Assembly (NCBI GenBank): GCA_963631875.1 | Contig: CAVGSO010000001.1 | Location: 16,494-80,493 of the forward strand | Source of the DNA: Firmicutes bacterium CAG:341 | GTDB lineage: Bacteria; Bacillota; Clostridia; Oscillospirales; Oscillospiraceae | Length of the DNA: 64,000 nucleotides | Direction of reading: 5' to 3' | In this document: positions 49,309-59,123 of the stretch, in pieces | How positions within the stretch are numbered: position 1 is the first letter of the stretch | How the letters are laid out: the number at the start of each line of letters is the position of its first letter | The notes under the pieces: model-generated | Told to the model about the DNA's origin: nothing | Databases searched by the model: none | What the model saw: only the letters and a program-made list of their open reading frames with translations | Translations under genes and position numbers: made by a program

Positions 49309-51384
49309 TTATTCCAGTCCCAGTGCCACGCGGTAGTAGTCGCGGGCGATGAGGAGCTGGGCATAGGTGTATTGGAGGGCGACCTTGCTGTTGATCTGCT
49401 CGACGTAGTCCGCGCCGACCGTCACGCCGCTGCGCGGGGTGAATGTTCGGGTGGCGGCCTCGTACACACCCGCCGCCGTGGCCCAGCTGTTGCCGGAGGA
49501 GGTGGGCAGGATTACCAGCGGGATGCTCCCCGCCGCGCTGCCCGCGTTATAGTCCCTGTCCAGCACGTCCCGTCCCGACAGCAGTCGGGAGTCGTAGTCC
49601 AGCCCGAAGAGGTTGCTCAGCGTCGGCACGATGTCCACGGCGGAGCAGGGCTCGGTGACGGTGACGGGGCTTTCCATGCCGCCGCACCAGAGGACCAGCG
49701 CGTTGCGGTAGCGCTCGGTGTCGCGCTCGGAGTCCTGAAGGCCGCGCAGCTCGTTGTAGTAGTCCGTGTCCGTCTCCGAGAGGAGGTAGGGGTAGTGGTC
49801 GGCGCTCATGCAGATGACCGTGTCGTCCGCGATCCCCGCCGCCTCGAGCTGCGCAAGGAGGTACGTCAGGGCATTCTCAAGCTCCAAGTTGGCCGCGACG
49901 TAGGACTGCACCTGTGTGGAGGCGTTGGGGTAGGCCGCCTGCGCCTTGGCGCGGTTCTTCGCCGCCATGGAGTGTCCCCAGCCGTAGCCGCCGTGGCCGC
50001 TGACGGTCATGTAGTAGACGTGGAACGGCGTACCGTCGCTGACGTAAGCGTCGATATAGGGGGTGATGGTGTTTTGCACCATCTCAAGGTCGGAGTACGG
50101 CCACGAGCCGTCCTCCGTTATTTTCAGCCCGTTGCCCACACCCTGATAGTCGTAGCCGAGGTTGGGGTGGGTCGTGTCGCGGTGGTAGTAATTGTAGATG
50201 TTGTCGTGGTACGCGCCCGTGGCGTAGCCCAATGCACGGAGCTGGTTGCCCAGCGCGAAGGGCATGGCGTCGGTCGCCGAGGCGTAGAAGCTGACGTTGC
50301 CGCCGACCCACGTGGGCAAAAGCCCGGTCATGACCGCGTATTCGCCGCCTGTGGTGGATTGTCCCCAGCCGGGCTGGTAGTAGTTCTCAAAGACGAAGCC
50401 CTCGTGCGTCAGCTTGTAGAGCGTGGGCGTCAGGTCCTCGCTGATGAACCACGGGGAGAACGCCTCCGCCGTGATGAGGACAAGGTTCTTGCCCTTGAAA
50501 AGCCCGGTGTACTCGTTTTGCTTCGAGGGCGTCAGGCTGCCAAAATACTGCGCCATGCTGCGCAGGGTACTGTCCGAGGCGGTGTCGGCGAGGGCTTGGA
50601 AGTCGATGTCCATCACGTTGTCGTCATAGTGTACCGGGTCGGTCACGGTCGGGGTGTCGGCCGGGGTGTCGGTCACGTCCGTCTCGTCGGGCAGCACCAG
50701 CTTGGGCTGGGGCGTGCCGAAGAGGGCGTATTCCGCCTCAAGGCGCACCGCCGTGTGCAGGCCGAACTGGGAGACGGCCGCGTCGGTCTGGAAGTTGTAG
50801 GTGTAGCTGTCGCCGTAGCGTCCCCAGCGGGCCAACCCCTCGCCCACAAGGAGAAAGATGACGCTCACGACCGCCACGAAGAGCAGCGACCATTTGCTCA
50901 TGCGGTGCTCCGTGACGATGCGCTTTCGAAGCACGATGCACAGCACGAGCGGCAGCAGCGCGGGGAGAATGAACGTCAGGCGATCCAGCACGATGCCGGG
51001 GATGGTACTGCCGAAGCCCGTGACCACGTTTTGGGTCATGTTGAAGATGAAGCCGAGGGAGAAGTAGGACTTGAAGTAGCTGCGGCAGCAGTATTCCACG
51101 CACAGCAGCAGTGTCCACAGTGCGGTGATGATGACCGTCAGCACCTGCGCGAGCTTTCGGCTGCGCAGGAGGTTCATCAGCAAACTCAGCAGCAGCCCCG
51201 TGGCCACGGAAAAAAGCGAAACCATGACCAGTGTGCCGCGAAAGAAGTCGTTCTGCGTGTCAAAGGCGCGCAGCAGCAGCTCGTGGTACAGCAGTGCCAG
51301 CGGGAAAAATGTCCAGTTCAGCGGCCCTCGCGGCATGGACGAGGTGTCCAGCCGGGACGGTGCTTTGTGTGTCATGTCGTTCAT
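49309..51384 (-). CDS. LTA synthase family protein (membrane-anchored sulfatase/phosphoglycerol transferase-like)
   Basis: 691 aa. Five N-terminal transmembrane helices plus an extracellular sulfatase-like domain (LVLITAEAFS). Confidence 0.75.
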   Translation of the reverse strand: MNDMTHKAPSRLDTSSMPRGPLNWTFFPLALLYHELLLRAFDTQNDFFRGTLVMVSLFSVATGLLLSLLMNLLRSRKLAQVLTVIITALWTLLLCVEYCCRSYFKSYFSLGFIFNMTQNVVTGFGSTIPGIVLDRLTFILPALLPLVLCIVLRKRIVTEHRMSKWSLLFVAVVSVIFLLVGEGLARWGRYGDSYTYNFQTDAAVSQFGLHTAVRLEAEYALFGTPQPKLVLPDETDVTDTPADTPTVTDPVHYDDNVMDIDFQALADTASDSTLRSMAQYFGSLTPSKQNEYTGLFKGKNLVLITAEAFSPWFISEDLTPTLYKLTHEGFVFENYYQPGWGQSTTGGEYAVMTGLLPTWVGGNVSFYASATDAMPFALGNQLRALGYATGAYHDNIYNYYHRDTTHPNLGYDYQGVGNGLKITEDGSWPYSDLEMVQNTITPYIDAYVSDGTPFHVYYMTVSGHGGYGWGHSMAAKNRAKAQAAYPNASTQVQSYVAANLELENALTYLLAQLEAAGIADDTVICMSADHYPYLLSETDTDYYNELRGLQDSERDTERYRNALVLWCGGMESPVTVTEPCSAVDIVPTLSNLFGLDYDSRLLSGRDVLDRDYNAGSAAGSIPLVILPTSSGNSWATAAGVYEAATRTFTPRSGVTVGADYVEQINSKVALQYTYAQLLIARDYYRVALGLE

Positions 51385-51402
51385 ATCCCTCGTAAAAGCG
51401 TG

Positions 51403-53070
51403 TTACTCGATGGCCACGATGTAATAGTAGACGGGCTGGCCGCCGGACAGCGCGGTGATCTCCGCGCCGGGGCAGCATTTTTGGAAGATGTCGGACGCCT
51501 GCTGCGTCTGTGCCTCGTCCACGCCCTCTCCGGCGTAGACGGTGATGAACTCCGCGCCCTTGTCGCAGGCGAGCTGCGCCAGCTTTTCCAGCAGCGCGTC
51601 GAGACTGCGGTCCGTGCCGAGAAGCTTGCCGTCGCACAGCGCCAGATAGTCGCCCTCGTTGATGGCGAAGCCGTCAAAATCGGAGTTGCGGGCGGCGTAG
51701 GTGATCTGCGCGGTGGTGACGTTCTCCGCCGCCGCCGTCATGGCGGCGAGGACGGACTGCGCATCGCCGTCCTCGGGATCGACCGCCATCATGGCGGAGA
51801 TGCCCTGCGGCACGGTGGTCGTGGGGACGACGATGACCTCTTTTTCTGAAAGGCCGACGCACTGCTGCGCCGCCATGATGATGTTCTTGTTGTTGGGCAG
51901 GACGAAGACGACCTCGCTGGGCGTGCGGTTGACCTCGCGCAGAATGTCGTCCGTCGAGGGGTTCATGGTCTGCCCGCCGGAGACGATGCGGTCCACGCCG
52001 AGGTCGCGGAAGACCTCCGCCAGCCCCTCACCCGCGCAGACGGCCAAAAAGCCGTAGCGCTTTTCGGGAGCGGCCACGGCGCACTCGCCGCGCTCCAGCT
52101 CGGCCTCCACGGCCTCCAGATCGTCGGTGCTCTGCGCCTTCTTGCCCGCGGCAAGGTCGGCGGCCTGTGTGCGCATATTTTCAATCTTCGCCAGCTCCAG
52201 TGTGCCGTACCTCTGCGCCTCGTTGAGCGCGTCGCCCGGCGTGTCGGTGTGGACGTGTACCTTGAAGGACTCGTCATCCTCGCCGATGACGAGGCTGTCG
52301 CCAATGCTGCCTAAGTACGTGCGCAGACCGTCGAGCGGCTTGTCGGAGGTCTTGCGGACGATGAAGACCGTGTCGAAGGCGAACGTGATGTCCTCGTCGC
52401 CGAGGGCGGCAAAATCGGCCTTTTCCTCCGCGGTGTCCTCTACCTCGGGGACGGGCTCGCCGCGCAGGGCGCGGAGCATCCCCTCCAAGATGATGAGGTA
52501 GCCCTTGCCGCCGGCGTCCACGACCCCGGCCTTTTTCAGCACCGGGTTCATCTCCACCGTCTCGGCCAGCGTGGTATAGCCCGTTTTGATGGCCTCCTCC
52601 AGCACGTAGGCGGCATCGTTCTTCTCCCCGGCGGCCTCCAGCGCGCGCTGCGCGGCCAGTCGGGAGACGGTCAGCACCGTCCCCTCGGCGGGCTTCATGA
52701 CCGCACCGTAGGCCGTGCTGACACCCTCCTGCATGGCGGCGGCGAGCTGTGCGCCGTCCGCCTCGGCAAGCCCCTTGAACGTCTTGCTCATCCCGCGAAA
52801 GAGCAGGGAAAGGATGACACCGGAGTTGCCGCGCGCACCGCGCAGCAAGCCGGAGGCCGTGACCTTTGCAGCCTCGCCCACGGTGGCAGGCTGCACCTTG
52901 CGCAGCTCGGCCACGGCGGTTTGGATGGTGAGGGACATATTCGTACCCGTGTCGCCGTCCGGCACGGGAAAGACGTTCAGGTCGTTGATGGACTGCTTGT
53001 GCTGCGTGATACAGGCGGCGCCGAAGGCGACCATCTCCTTGAAGACGCCGCCGCTGATCTTTTCTGTCAT
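51403..53070 (-). CDS. yloV: DAK2-domain fusion protein YloV
   Basis: About 555 aa. Motif NVFPVPDGDTGTNM. GGAAGGAG RBS. Confidence 0.85.
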   Translation of the reverse strand: MTEKISGGVFKEMVAFGAACITQHKQSINDLNVFPVPDGDTGTNMSLTIQTAVAELRKVQPATVGEAAKVTASGLLRGARGNSGVILSLLFRGMSKTFKGLAEADGAQLAAAMQEGVSTAYGAVMKPAEGTVLTVSRLAAQRALEAAGEKNDAAYVLEEAIKTGYTTLAETVEMNPVLKKAGVVDAGGKGYLIILEGMLRALRGEPVPEVEDTAEEKADFAALGDEDITFAFDTVFIVRKTSDKPLDGLRTYLGSIGDSLVIGEDDESFKVHVHTDTPGDALNEAQRYGTLELAKIENMRTQAADLAAGKKAQSTDDLEAVEAELERGECAVAAPEKRYGFLAVCAGEGLAEVFRDLGVDRIVSGGQTMNPSTDDILREVNRTPSEVVFVLPNNKNIIMAAQQCVGLSEKEVIVVPTTTVPQGISAMMAVDPEDGDAQSVLAAMTAAAENVTTAQITYAARNSDFDGFAINEGDYLALCDGKLLGTDRSLDALLEKLAQLACDKGAEFITVYAGEGVDEAQTQQASDIFQKCCPGAEITALSGGQPVYYYIVAIE

Positions 53071-53092
53071 GCTTTTTCTCCTTCCGGGCGCG

Positions 53093-53443
53093 TCACACCG
53101 TGACGGAATCCACGCAGACATTCACCGCCTTGACGGTGACGCCGGTGTTGAGGTTGACCACATATTTGACCTCGCCCATGATGGAGCGGCAGACTGTGGC
53201 GATATTGACGCCGTTTTCCACGACGATGTGCAGCTCGATGGACACCGTGCCGTCGTCGTTGTACGTGACCTTCACACCCTTGCTCATGGCCTCCGGGCGC
53301 AGAAGATGCACCAGCCCGTCGGTCATGCTGCGCTGCGCCATGCCCTTCACGCCGAAGCAGTTCGTGGCCGCCGCGCCCGTGATGGTGGTAAACACCGCAT
53401 CGCTGATGGTGATCTCGCCGTTTTCAGTGGGGACTTTTATCAT
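53093..53443 (-). CDS. Asp23/Gls24-family envelope stress protein
   Basis: About 116 aa. Typical pairing with yloV, motif VNVCVDSV. Confidence 0.8.
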   Translation of the reverse strand: MIKVPTENGEITISDAVFTTITGAAATNCFGVKGMAQRSMTDGLVHLLRPEAMSKGVKVTYNDDGTVSIELHIVVENGVNIATVCRSIMGEVKYVVNLNTGVTVKAVNVCVDSVTV

Positions 53444-53611
53444 ATCGGACTTCCTTTCTGCGGAAATGAGCTGAAAAACCTGCGTCTGTGCATAGTAATA
53501 TAGGGTATTATATACCATTTCCCACGGGAGTACAAGAGAAATTTCGGGGAGACGCAGAAAGCGCAGCGGGTGGGAAATTCCGCCCGCTGCGCGAGAAATT
53601 TTTTCTTCTCC

Positions 53612-54289
53612 TTACGCCTCTATGGCTTCCAATGCATCCAAGAACGCCATGGCGGTACGGTTGAGGTCCTTCATGGCGGCAGGGAAGTTGAAGAAGAAGT
53701 CGTGGTGCGCCAGCACACAGTCCGAGACGGATTTCAGTGCCATGAACGGCACGCCGTTGCGCAGGCATACCTGCGCCGCCGCGCCGCCCTCCATCTCGAT
53801 GAGCAGCGGGTGGAACGTCTCGGCAATCCACCTCGCCCGGTCGCACTCCGTGGCGAACCACTCCCCGGTGGCCACGCTGCCCACGCGGTAGGGAAGCCCG
53901 GCTCTGTCCATCGCGACCTTGGCCGTCTCCAAGTCCGCCGTGGGGAAGTCAATCCGGTTCACCGTGGACACGAGGCCGACGGGGTCGCCGATGCCCGACG
54001 TGTCCACATCATGCTGCACGAACTTCTCCGCCAGCACGAGCGTGCCGATGGGAACATCCTCGAAGCAGCCCGCCACACCCACGTTGATGATGCGCTGCGG
54101 GTGGTAGAGGTCGATGAAGAGCTGGCATGCCATCGCGGCGTTCACCTTGCCCACACCGCCGCAGCAGGCCACGACGTTCTCGCGTATGCGGTAAAACGAC
54201 ACCCCGGCCTCCGTGCGCTCCGGCACGGCCTCCGGCGGCAGCAGACTCTCGATCTCGGTCTTCATGGCGTACAGCAATCCTGTCAGCAT
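53612..54289 (-). CDS. mtnN: 5'-methylthioadenosine/S-adenosylhomocysteine nucleosidase
   Basis: About 225 aa. Motifs GVGKVNAA, IEMEGGAAAQV, SVSD. Confidence 0.85.
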   Translation of the reverse strand: MLTGLLYAMKTEIESLLPPEAVPERTEAGVSFYRIRENVVACCGGVGKVNAAMACQLFIDLYHPQRIINVGVAGCFEDVPIGTLVLAEKFVQHDVDTSGIGDPVGLVSTVNRIDFPTADLETAKVAMDRAGLPYRVGSVATGEWFATECDRARWIAETFHPLLIEMEGGAAAQVCLRNGVPFMALKSVSDCVLAHHDFFFNFPAAMKDLNRTAMAFLDALEAIEA

Positions 54290-54406
54290 GGTACATACCC
54301 TCGTTTCGTTCGTTTTCCCTATTGTAAGGAGTGCGGGGTGCAAATGTCAAGTTGCATTTCGCCGCGCGGCCATGTAAAATAGAGAAAAACGAAGGGAGGG
54401 GTCGTC

Positions 54407-55585
54407 ATGGTCGCCGGGATCATCTGTGAATTCGACCCACTGCACCTCGGCCACGCACACCTGCTGCAAGCGGCGCGGGCGTTGGGCGCGGAGGCCGTGG
54501 TCTGCGTCATGAGCGGCAGCTTCACCCAGCGCGGCAGCTTCGCCGCCGTCGGCAAGGCTGCACGCGCGGAGATGGCCGTTCGGTGCGGCGCGGATCTCGT
54601 GCTGGAGCTGCCGACGCAGTGGTCGATGGCCACGGCGGAGCGCTTCGCCGGAGGCGGGGTCGGTCTGCTCGCGCGGTGCGGCGCGGTGGACACGCTGCTC
54701 TTCGGCTCGGAGTGCGGCGATTTGAACGCGCTGCAAGCCGTCGCCGCCGCGCTGGACAGTCCCGCCTTTGGTAAGGCGCTCCGCGCTCGGCGGGAGGACG
54801 GCGCGACCTTCGCCGCCGCGCGGCAGGCGGCGTTAGCCACGCTCCCCGGTGTGGACGCGACGCTCCTATCGCAGCCGAACAACATTTTAGGGGTGGAGTA
54901 CCTCCGCGCTATCGCGCGGCAGGACGCGCCCCTCACCGCCGTGACCATCCCGCGCCTCGGCGCAGCGCATGACGGTCAGCCGGAGGCGGGGACGGCCTCC
55001 GCCTCGCACCTGCGGCTGCTGCTGCACGAGGGCGCGGTGGAGGCGGCCTGCGCGTTCATGATGCCCGCCGCCGCCGATATTCTGCGCCGCGAGGTGAACG
55101 CAGGACAGATTGCCGACGCGGCGCTCTGCGAGCGAGCGATCCTCTCGCGTCTGCGCACGATGAGTGAAGCGGACTGGCAGCGATACGACGAGGGCGGCGA
55201 GGGACTGTACCATCGGCTCTGCCGCGCGGCGCAGCGCGGCGAAACGGTAGAGGCGGTCCTGTCCGCCGCCAAGACGAAGCGCTATCCCCTTGCGCGGCTG
55301 CGGCGCATGGTGCTGTGCGCGTGGCTGTCGCTGCCGCCGGAGGCGGCGGAGGTGCCGCCCTACCTGCGCGTGCTGGCCGCAAACGCGGCGGGACGCGCAC
55401 TGCTGCGGCAGATGCGCGAGCGCGGCGCACCCGTGCTGACGAAGGCCGCCGACGCTGCGGCGCTGGGTCAAGCCGCGGCGGAGGCGGCGGCTTTGGAGAG
55501 CCGCTGCGCCGACCTCCGCGCCCTCGCCTGTCCTATGCCGCCGCCGCCCGGTACGGACATCCGCACCGGCCCGGTCATGGACTGA
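54407..55585 (+). CDS. tmcAL: tRNA(Met) cytidine acetate ligase (YlbM/UPF0348 nucleotidyltransferase)
   Basis: 392 aa. Motifs GIICEFDPLHLGH and NNILGVEYLRAI. Confidence 0.8.
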   Translation: MVAGIICEFDPLHLGHAHLLQAARALGAEAVVCVMSGSFTQRGSFAAVGKAARAEMAVRCGADLVLELPTQWSMATAERFAGGGVGLLARCGAVDTLLFGSECGDLNALQAVAAALDSPAFGKALRARREDGATFAAARQAALATLPGVDATLLSQPNNILGVEYLRAIARQDAPLTAVTIPRLGAAHDGQPEAGTASASHLRLLLHEGAVEAACAFMMPAAADILRREVNAGQIADAALCERAILSRLRTMSEADWQRYDEGGEGLYHRLCRAAQRGETVEAVLSAAKTKRYPLARLRRMVLCAWLSLPPEAAEVPPYLRVLAANAAGRALLRQMRERGAPVLTKAADAAALGQAAAEAAALESRCADLRALACPMPPPPGTDIRTGPVMD

Positions 55586-55616
55586 ATTTCCACAGAAAAT
55601 TTTCCTTTTTCCCCTC

Positions 55617-55645
55617 TTGACAATTTCACGCCGCGGGAGTATTAT
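55617..55645 (+). promoter_or_regulatory. Promoter for the MATE gene, bracketed by a 9-bp inverted repeat
   Basis: TTGACA, 17 nt, TATTAT. CAATTTCAC (55621-55629) pairs with GTGAAATTG (55659-55667). Confidence 0.55.
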
Positions 55646-55681
55646 GCGTCTCTGAAAAGTGAAATTGCACAAAAGAAAGGG

Positions 55682-57160
55682 GTGCTTTCTGTGGAAAATA
55701 CACATAAAAAGCGTGGGCTGTCCTTCGAACCGATGGACTTGACGCAGGGCGTCTGCTGGCGCACCATTCTGACCTTTTCGCTCCCCGTCATCCTCTCCTA
55801 CCTGCTCCAGCAGGTCTATTCCATCAGCGACGCGGCCATCGTCGGCCAGACGCTGACGGCACAGGAGGTGGCAGGCGTGAACGACACGAACTCGCTCGTC
55901 TTCATCTTCCTGCAATTCGCCTTCGGCGTGAGCGCGGGCTTCTGCGTCATCACCTCGTACTACGTCGGGATGCGGGACGCGCGCGGCGTGCGCCGCTCGC
56001 TGGCCACGCAGATCGTGCTTTCCGCCGCGCTGACCGTGGTGCTGACGGCGCTTGCGCTGCTGCTGCTCAACCCCATGCTGGCGTGGATCAACGTCACGCC
56101 GGACAACGAGGCCGTCTACCGCGCCGCGTATACCTACTGCTTCATCATCTTCGCCGGGATCGGCGCACAGCAGTTCTACAACTTCATCTGCTCATTCCTG
56201 CGCAGCATGGGCGACAGCGTCACGCCGCTTTTGTTTCTGCTCTTCTCCACTCTATTAAATGTAGGGCTTGACCTGCTGTTCATCCTCTCGTTCCACTGGG
56301 GTGTGGCCGGGGCGGCCATCGCCACCGTCGCCGCCCAGCTCATCAGCACCGTCGGGTGCTTCGTCTACGCCTTTTTGCGCTACCCACAGCTGCGGCTGCA
56401 CCGTGAGGACTGGCACATGACGTGGTACGACATCCGCCGCCATCTGGTGCGCGGTGTGCCGCTGGGACTGCAATTTTCCGTCCTCGCCGTGGGCATTATC
56501 GTCATGCAGGGCGGCGTGGTCGCCTTCGATATGCGCGACGGCGTGATGGTCTCGAACGCCGCGCAGAACGGCTTCGGCGCGGCCAACAGGCTCTTTAACC
56601 TGATGGCCACGCCCATGAACGCGCTGGGCGCGGCGCTGACCAGCTTCACCGCGCAGAACCTCGGCGCGGGCGATTACGAGCGCATTAAAAAGGGCAGTCT
56701 GCAAGCGCTCATCATGGGCTTTACGCTGGCGGCCGCCGCCGCGGGGATCGGGCTGCTTTTGTGCCGCGGCGGGCTTTTCTACCACGTCTTTCTCAGCGCG
56801 GACAAGATCACGCCCGAGACGATCCGCTACGGCAACTCGCTATTGTATGTGGACTTTTCGATGTACCTCTTCCTCGCGTTCATTCTCGTCATCCGCAACT
56901 GCGTGCAGGGCATCGGGCGCAGCGGCTTCGTCCTCGGTGCGGGCGCGGCGGAGCTGGTGGCGCGTATCGGCGTGTGTCTGATCCTGCCCGCCGCCGTGGC
57001 CGGAGGGGCGGTCAGCGCGGACGCGCCGGAGCTGGCGTTTTACGCCCTGTGCGCCGCCGACCCGCTGGCGTGGATCGCCGCCGACCTCGTGCTGTCCGTG
57101 CCGTTCGTGCGGAATATTCTGCGGAAGGATTATCGGTATCTGACACACGCGAAGGGATAA
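55682..57160 (+). CDS. MATE family efflux transporter
   Basis: 492 aa, 12 predicted transmembrane helices. Motif LPVILSYLLQQVYSISDAAIVGQ. The start (GTG at 55682 or ATG at 55733) is uncertain. Confidence 0.85.
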   Translation: MLSVENTHKKRGLSFEPMDLTQGVCWRTILTFSLPVILSYLLQQVYSISDAAIVGQTLTAQEVAGVNDTNSLVFIFLQFAFGVSAGFCVITSYYVGMRDARGVRRSLATQIVLSAALTVVLTALALLLLNPMLAWINVTPDNEAVYRAAYTYCFIIFAGIGAQQFYNFICSFLRSMGDSVTPLLFLLFSTLLNVGLDLLFILSFHWGVAGAAIATVAAQLISTVGCFVYAFLRYPQLRLHREDWHMTWYDIRRHLVRGVPLGLQFSVLAVGIIVMQGGVVAFDMRDGVMVSNAAQNGFGAANRLFNLMATPMNALGAALTSFTAQNLGAGDYERIKKGSLQALIMGFTLAAAAAGIGLLLCRGGLFYHVFLSADKITPETIRYGNSLLYVDFSMYLFLAFILVIRNCVQGIGRSGFVLGAGAAELVARIGVCLILPAAVAGGAVSADAPELAFYALCAADPLAWIAADLVLSVPFVRNILRKDYRYLTHAKG

Positions 57161-57178
57161 TCGGTCAAAATACGTTTC

Positions 57179-57211
57179 ACGGGAGAGGCGTTGCCTCTCC
57201 CGTTGGTTTTT
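57179..57211 (+). terminator. Rho-independent terminator after the MATE gene
   Basis: ACGGGAGAGGC-GTT-GCCTCTCCCGT followed by TGGTTTTT. Confidence 0.8.
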
Positions 57212-57269
57212 GTGAATACGTGCGGCGGGGCGTCGAGGGCGCCCGCCTACGCGCCCTTTTCGCGTTTCC

Positions 57270-59111
57270 TCATATCAGCAGGAGGGCGGAGCTGGGTGGG
57301 AGGGTGATGCGGACGCGGTGGTTTACGGCGAGGAAGTGCTGCCCGGTCAGGGCGTCCTTTGCCGTTGAGTGCGGCCACGGGAGGGTCAGCGTCAGCGCCT
57401 CGTCCCCGGCGTTCAGGGCGGCGATGGTCGTTTCGCCCTCCGTCTCGCGCTCAAAGGCCAGCCCGCCGTGCTGCGCGTAGAGGTAGTGCAGCGCGCCCGC
57501 CTGAAGCGACTGCCGCTCCGATCGCAGCTTGCCCAGTGTGCGAAAAAACGACACCAAGGCCGCGTTTTCCCGTCCCCACGGGTACGTTCCCCGGTTGAGC
57601 GGGTCTTCAAAGCCCTGCATTCCGGCTTCGTCGCCGTAGAAGAGCGTGGGCGAGCCGGGGAAGCAGTAGAGCAGCACGCCCGCCAGACGCAACCGCGCGA
57701 GGCCGCGCCGCAGCTCGTCGGGGGAGAGCGTATACGCTGCCCGCGCCGCCTTATCCTCGGGGACGCGCTCCGCGCCCAGCAGCGTCAGGATACGCGGCGT
57801 GTCGTGCGTGCCGAGGAAGTTCATGGCGCCGAAGAAGGCGGCGGGCGGGTAGTTCTCGCGCAGCGTCTCCATACACTCGCGGAAGTCCGCCGCGTCCCCG
57901 CCCGTCAGCCATTGCAGCAGGGCGGTGCGGAGGGGGTAGTTCATCAAGCCGTGCGTCTCCCGACCGAGGAGATACCGCCGCCTGCGGGAGTAGGCGATCT
58001 TGCTGCTGCCGTCCTCCCACACCTCGCCCAAGAGGTAGCCGTCCGGCTTCTCGGCCTCGACGGCGCGGCGAATGCCCTCGATGAAATCGTCCGGCAGCTC
58101 ATCTGCCACGTCCAGCCGCCAGCCGTCCGCGCCGAGGCGCAGCCAGCGGCGCACCACGCTGTCCGTGTCCTCAAAGATGAAGCGGCGGTAGGCGGGGCGG
58201 CTCTCGTTGACGGCGGGGAGCGTCTTCACCCCCCACCATGCGTCGTAGTCCGTCGGCCACGGGTGGAAGCTGTACCAGTCGTAATAGGGCGAGTCTTTGC
58301 TCTGCGCTGCGCCCAAGTCCGGATAGAAGCCGTCCGCGTTGAAGTAGCGGCTTCTCGAGCCGGTGTGATTGAAGACACCGTCCAGCATAACGCGCATCCC
58401 GCGCCTGTGCGCCTCGCGGCAGAGGACGGCGAAGTCCGCCTCGCTGCCCAGCAGCGGGTCGATGGCGCGGTAGTCGGCGGTGTCGTAGCGGTGGTTGCTG
58501 GCGGCTTCGAAGATGGGGTTCAAGTAAAGCGTCGTCACGGAGAGGCTTTTCAGGTAGTCGAGCTGCTCCGTGATGCCGCGCAGCGAGCCGCCGAAGAAGT
58601 CACGGTTCGTAATCTCGCCGTTTTCGTCAGGCAGGAAGACGGGCATCTCGTCCCAGCGCTCGTGCAGCCATCGGTGGCCGACCATGCCGGAGACGTCCGG
58701 CGGAGCGGTGCGGCGAAAGCGGTCGGGGAAGATCTGATACGTCACGCCACGGCCGAACCAGTCCGGTGTATGCGTGTTCTCGTAGACCGTGAGCTGCCAG
58801 CGCACCGCGCCGTCCCGCTCGGCGGTGAGGCCGTTTTTGCCGAGAAAGACCGTTGAGCCGTCCTCGCGGGTCAATCGGAAGACGTACCAACACAGCTCGC
58901 CCGCGCTCGGCGCGGTGTAGCTGCCGGAAAAGCCGCCCTCCGCCGGAGGCAGGGGACAGATGTCCTCCTTGGCGGCAAACTCGCGGTAGACGAGCAGTTC
59001 ACAGGCGTAAAAGGTATCATCAAAGAGCGTAAAACGCACCTCCGTGCCGCAGGGCGCAGCACCGAAGGGCGTTTTACAGCGTATATCGCGCGGGTCAAAG
59101 TAAAGCTCCAT
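57270..59111 (-). CDS. GH13 alpha-amylase-family glycosidase (neopullulanase/cyclomaltodextrinase-like)
   Basis: 613 aa. Motifs QIFPDRF, DGVFNHTG, GWRLDVADE, GEVWED, FLGTHDTPR. Confidence 0.9.
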   Translation of the reverse strand: MELYFDPRDIRCKTPFGAAPCGTEVRFTLFDDTFYACELLVYREFAAKEDICPLPPAEGGFSGSYTAPSAGELCWYVFRLTREDGSTVFLGKNGLTAERDGAVRWQLTVYENTHTPDWFGRGVTYQIFPDRFRRTAPPDVSGMVGHRWLHERWDEMPVFLPDENGEITNRDFFGGSLRGITEQLDYLKSLSVTTLYLNPIFEAASNHRYDTADYRAIDPLLGSEADFAVLCREAHRRGMRVMLDGVFNHTGSRSRYFNADGFYPDLGAAQSKDSPYYDWYSFHPWPTDYDAWWGVKTLPAVNESRPAYRRFIFEDTDSVVRRWLRLGADGWRLDVADELPDDFIEGIRRAVEAEKPDGYLLGEVWEDGSSKIAYSRRRRYLLGRETHGLMNYPLRTALLQWLTGGDAADFRECMETLRENYPPAAFFGAMNFLGTHDTPRILTLLGAERVPEDKAARAAYTLSPDELRRGLARLRLAGVLLYCFPGSPTLFYGDEAGMQGFEDPLNRGTYPWGRENAALVSFFRTLGKLRSERQSLQAGALHYLYAQHGGLAFERETEGETTIAALNAGDEALTLTLPWPHSTAKDALTGQHFLAVNHRVRITLPPSSALLLI

Positions 59112-59123
59112 AGTATGCCTCGT